Program-made: the position numbers and the translations under genes | Notes under the pieces: model-generated | The model's database searches: none | Seen by the model: only the letters and a program-made list of their open reading frames with translations | Told to the model about the DNA's origin: nothing | Shown here: positions 60,091-64,000 of the stretch, in pieces | Position numbering within the stretch: position 1 is the stretch's first letter | Layout: every line of letters starts with the position of its first letter | Source: a virus | Strand: one strand, 5' to 3' | Virus record (IMG/VR): IMGVR_UViG_3300025276_000021 | DNA: 64,000 nt

Positions 60091-62208
60091 CTATTGCCAG
60101 CCACCATTATATTGATTATCGTCAAGTGTATCGTTAAATTCTTCCTCATTGATAGAAGGAATTTCAACTAAATCTCTGTTACTCAAAAGTTCATTATTCC
60201 AAAATGTATCAATTTTCATTTTGAAAAACGCTTGATAATTTACTGGAATTAAAGGAGTACTTATCACTATTTGCGCGTGATGTTTTTCTTGTTTCGTATC
60301 AAATTTATCATAATAAAGAGATAATTTATCGTAGTGTGCGTTATCTTTTAAATAGACTGCAAGATCAAAAGTTTTATCCAAAGCAAGCTTGCCGGTTTGG
60401 ACATCATACAATTCATAGACAATAGCCCTACCTTGCGTTTTTAAATCTGTAATACTATCTGCAACAAATTCTTCCTTACTTCCGAGTTTATATAAACCTT
60501 CAACAACTTCTAAAGAATATCCGTTGAAATCTTCTAATGTTTTATATAACTCTAATATTTCCACATGAGGTAATAGATTTCTAGCGATAGCTTTTCTTTT
60601 TAAAGGACTATTAACATGATTTAGATTTATGGGATCGCCAAAAGTAGACACGAATTTAGATAAAGACTGATTTTGAGACAGTTTGGTAGACATACTAACA
60701 TCTTCCATTTTACTTATATTATATACAGTTTCTGGCAATAAGGTGACTGTTTTAGATTTGGACGATGCTTGCGAAGGAATAAATCTTTTTGTACGCGAAA
60801 CTCCTTCGCTATTACCTATACTTTTTGATCCTGTTGCTACGGTAAATTTTTCGCCTCTCACTCTTCCTATACTATCTGGTGCTTTTGATTTATATTCTGC
60901 AGATAGAATCCCTTTACTAATTTGATTTAAAGTAAATTTGCCGTTATTAAAATTGTTTGTATTTTTTAATTTTGAACGTACTTCAGATATTGTCAAATCT
61001 CTATCTGATATTCCATCATTATTTTCTGTCTGATCAATAGAATTTTTAATTCCATCGTCCTCGTCTATTTTAACAATTCTATATCCTAAATTAGATTTTC
61101 TAAGATGCTCGTTCATATATTCTGCATCAGGCAATGCAGTTGCGCCACCGTTTTTACTAAAACTAGTTGATATTGCTGCATCTTTAGGATTTAAAGTTAA
61201 TGAAGAAATTTTCGATATAGCTCCTTTTGCTCTTAGCGCATCTTGCGCTTTAGATGCTGTTCCGTCTAAATTGCCGTGGATCACACCCTTTACTTTAATA
61301 TCATCTGAAGCACTAAGAGTTTTGGTATCTACGTTTTCGTTCGCATATATGTTTTTAGTGTAAATAATCATATCTTTACCGCCCATGGTTCCGACTGCGC
61401 CGACGGCTGTCAAATTATCAGCGGCTAAATTCATATTTACAGTTGACATATCAATACCAGTCTCGGATGTGAATTTTGCTACATCACTGTGAAAATAGTT
61501 ACCTTTACCACGTACCATCTGTTTAAATGTTCCTTTGACTAAAGTATTTACCCCATCTAAAAATGTGTTAGTGACTTGCTGCAAAACAGTAGATGATTTT
61601 GATCCAATAATTTTTTCAGTCAAATGCTTAGTTATCGTCTTTCTATATGATCCTAAAACTTTCATAATTTTGTTGCCGCCAACATTTACATTATAATCAC
61701 CTTTTACATTTAAATTGTAATCTCCCGTTACTGTCATACTCAAATTACCATTATAAACAATATGACCGTCACCACCAACAGATAAAGAATAATTGCCCGA
61801 GCTTATTTCAACTCTGTTGCCCGTACTATTGACAAGTATCGTTCCGTCTGGTTGAATATCAACTCCTGCGCCACAGTTATGTTTTATCAATACTCTTTCG
61901 CCGCCTGGTGTATCGTTTATTTCTATGATATGACCTGAAGGAGATTCATCTGTCTGAACATGTGTGTATTCGTAATTATCTACAGTATTGTAATTAACAG
62001 CTTTGCCAGGAATACCACTCTTGACTGCAAGATTATTAGGCTTTTCTCCACGACTTGATTTATTTACTGAGGATTGATTGTTATATTCTTTCGTTGGATA
62101 CTTCAAATTGGGATCACTAAAACCCTTCTGGTTCTTTCCCTCATTTTCTGTATAGCTTTTGCCGAGGGCATCTTGTCTCTGCTGTAGGTCGTCATTTTCA
62201 GAAGTCAT
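60091..62208 (-). CDS. gp5-like baseplate spike (beta-helix part) with extra C-terminal domain
   Basis: ESPSGHIIEINDTPGGERVLIKH..G....I.PDG matches the gp5 post-lysozyme segment; VxGDYNxx octapeptide repeats follow. No OB-fold or lysozyme domain recognised. Confidence 0.8.
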   Translation of the reverse strand: MTSENDDLQQRQDALGKSYTENEGKNQKGFSDPNLKYPTKEYNNQSSVNKSSRGEKPNNLAVKSGIPGKAVNYNTVDNYEYTHVQTDESPSGHIIEINDTPGGERVLIKHNCGAGVDIQPDGTILVNSTGNRVEISSGNYSLSVGGDGHIVYNGNLSMTVTGDYNLNVKGDYNVNVGGNKIMKVLGSYRKTITKHLTEKIIGSKSSTVLQQVTNTFLDGVNTLVKGTFKQMVRGKGNYFHSDVAKFTSETGIDMSTVNMNLAADNLTAVGAVGTMGGKDMIIYTKNIYANENVDTKTLSASDDIKVKGVIHGNLDGTASKAQDALRAKGAISKISSLTLNPKDAAISTSFSKNGGATALPDAEYMNEHLRKSNLGYRIVKIDEDDGIKNSIDQTENNDGISDRDLTISEVRSKLKNTNNFNNGKFTLNQISKGILSAEYKSKAPDSIGRVRGEKFTVATGSKSIGNSEGVSRTKRFIPSQASSKSKTVTLLPETVYNISKMEDVSMSTKLSQNQSLSKFVSTFGDPINLNHVNSPLKRKAIARNLLPHVEILELYKTLEDFNGYSLEVVEGLYKLGSKEEFVADSITDLKTQGRAIVYELYDVQTGKLALDKTFDLAVYLKDNAHYDKLSLYYDKFDTKQEKHHAQIVISTPLIPVNYQAFFKMKIDTFWNNELLSNRDLVEIPSINEEEFNDTLDDNQYNGGWQ

Positions 62209-62224
62209 TTTATATCCTCATTCA

Positions 62225-64000
62225 TCAATATACGGGCTGAGCGCCGGATTTGAAACCGATTTTTGCAAATCTAGCCATAGCAGCTGGATCATCTAATGGT
62301 CCTACCGCAGTCCAAATATTTCGTTTTCCCGACCTTCTGGCTGGTATCACTTGTACTTCATAACGATCTATTTTTTTATACATTTCTGGAACTTCATATC
62401 CCTGATCTGCGTACCACTCTCTCATATCGCGGAAAAAGTCTAATGTTAATATCGTGCCAGCTTTATGTTTTTCTGCATCAACGTCAGATTGCATAATTGT
62501 AGTATCCTCATAATGAGTTGATCCTGATCCACTAGACGATTGCGTTTGTTGTGGCAAAGGATCTTTCCAAACTTCTGCTGGTTCTGGAGAAATTCCCTTT
62601 GTGGTAATATTTGAAGATAGTGGTGGTACAATACCAGACTTACTTATATTTTTTTTGTTGAAATTCTTTTTGACAAAATCTTGCATATCTATACCAGGGT
62701 CAATTTTATTGTTTGGATCAGTATCGCTATGACCCCAGACTTGACCTCCCGGATGTACTGAATAAAATGCCTTTAAAAATTCTTTAAGTGTTGACCATTG
62801 AATAATCTCTATTGATTCCGAACTAACATAATCTTGTGGTCTAGATGTACCACTAGGACAATTATATCCACCAATCATGCAAATTCCTATACTATAGTTA
62901 TTATGTCCGTTTGTTTTTGCGTGAGAACCAACTTTATTTATAGGTCTACCTCTTTGTAAGCTACCATCTCTCTTTATAACATAATGATATCCACAGCCAG
63001 AAAAACCTCTAGCCTGATGCCATTTGTGAATATCTTCTGAACCAATTTTACCCTGATCGATATAATTTGCGCTCCAGTGAACTACGACTTCGGTAATATC
63101 TCGGATAGCCGATCTGATATCGGAAACAATTTCTTCATATGAATTAACAAATGTAAATTTGTAAGCTTGATTTCCTACAACTGGCGTCTTTGAGCCTTGC
63201 CATTTTTCTTGGTTTTTAGAAGTTACTACTATATCTGTAGTGCGGGATCCAAAATTAATATTAGTATTAGGAGGTCTTAGCATATTTGAAATTGAAGGAT
63301 CTAAATCAAATATGTCTGACTGTAAACTCTTTAAATCTACGTTAGGGAAAGCTTTTTCTACTTTGCCGCTTATCAAATCCATGACAGAGTTTTTATCGCC
63401 ATCTAAGATGCCTTGAATTGCTACAACTTGATCTAGAGGTTCTAAGAGACCCCTTGAAAGTGCGGTAACTTCATTCAGAATAACATCATTCGAATTTGCG
63501 ATAAGCCTGTTTAAAATACCACCATTAAATCCACCTAGCGCAGTTTCAGCGCCGTTTGTAAGATTTCCAACAGCATCCGTAAACTTACTTTCTAATTCGC
63601 CGAGCTTAGATGTAATGCCGGTGCCTCCTATGCCACCAGCAACATCTTTGATCAAATCGTCAATGGCAGGTAAAGAAAATGCGCCTGCAATATCGCCTAG
63701 CATATCTGCTGACGGCAATGAACCTGTAGCAATCTCTAATGAACTAGCTATGGATTTGGGATTAGGAGAAGATATTATTTCACTTAAAGAAGCTGCTGCG
63801 GCAGAAGAAATTCCTGTTACATTTGTAAGTTTGTTTGGAACTGCGCTTGTCGTATTCAATAAGCTTTCAAAGCCCGGCACTTCTGACGTAAGTTGAGCGA
63901 CACCCGATGTTAAATTTGTTGCTCCAATGTCAATAGCGTCAAATTCAGATACTAGACATTTTACGCCACCAACAGTCTCTCCTACTTTTCCACCTAACAG
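62225..64000 (-). CDS. Long protein with N-acetylmuramoyl-L-alanine amidase (Amidase_2) domain, 5'-partial
   Basis: VVVHWS, WH..RGF..GYHYVI.RDG...GRP, GSH, SIGIC..GG, GHSD, KIDPG. The frame stays open from 63880 to the window edge. Confidence 0.88.
   Translation of the reverse strand: MLGGKVGETVGGVKCLVSEFDAIDIGATNLTSGVAQLTSEVPGFESLLNTTSAVPNKLTNVTGISSAAAASLSEIISSPNPKSIASSLEIATGSLPSADMLGDIAGAFSLPAIDDLIKDVAGGIGGTGITSKLGELESKFTDAVGNLTNGAETALGGFNGGILNRLIANSNDVILNEVTALSRGLLEPLDQVVAIQGILDGDKNSVMDLISGKVEKAFPNVDLKSLQSDIFDLDPSISNMLRPPNTNINFGSRTTDIVVTSKNQEKWQGSKTPVVGNQAYKFTFVNSYEEIVSDIRSAIRDITEVVVHWSANYIDQGKIGSEDIHKWHQARGFSGCGYHYVIKRDGSLQRGRPINKVGSHAKTNGHNNYSIGICMIGGYNCPSGTSRPQDYVSSESIEIIQWSTLKEFLKAFYSVHPGGQVWGHSDTDPNNKIDPGIDMQDFVKKNFNKKNISKSGIVPPLSSNITTKGISPEPAEVWKDPLPQQTQSSSGSGSTHYEDTTIMQSDVDAEKHKAGTILTLDFFRDMREWYADQGYEVPEMYKKIDRYEVQVIPARRSGKRNIWTAVGPLDDPAAMARFAKIGFKSGAQPVY

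Noticed and set aside
226-63896. All plus-strand ORFs and short nested minus-strand ORFs in the track
   Set aside because: They are shadows of long minus-strand genes, with no recognisable motifs.
1-64000. tRNA, rRNA, integrase or transposase genes; stop-codon reassignment
   Set aside because: Intergenic gaps are short with no cloverleaf seen, no mobile-element ORF was recognised, and the split genes change frame, so readthrough cannot join them.

Overview
This 64-kb window is the virion-morphogenesis arm of a large, AT-rich T4-like myovirus. The gene repertoire resembles marine T4-like phages, but the host cannot be determined. All credible genes lie on the minus strand. In transcription order: a long protein with an Amidase_2 domain (5'-partial), a gp5-like spike, gp25, gp6, gp7-like, gp8, a DUF4815-like structural protein split in two, and a fibre. 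Then comes an 8-kb, 11-gene insert, followed by more fibres, two subtilisin (S8) proteases, a gp38-like adhesin, a 5142-aa giant fibre, two large beta-rich virion proteins, gp13, a split gp14, gp15, gp16, gp17 and the start of gp18. Six T4 late-promoter boxes (TATAAATA) precede structural genes. The best candidate for an undescribed system is the insert at 40316-48355. It has its own perfect sigma70 promoter and encodes four radical SAM enzymes with SPASM/twitch-type Cys-rich tails, two 2OG-Fe(II) oxygenases, one JmjC-like cupin, three orphan proteins, and a 275-aa probable substrate ending CHSS-CHSS-CHSA-RGRR. It looks like a phage-encoded RiPP-style protein modification pathway. A second cross-cutting signal is strong enrichment of Asp-Ser (often [IVLF]-D-S-A, sometimes DTA) in a subset of virion proteins, suggesting a modification sequon. 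All assignments come from motif recognition by eye; no database searches were run.
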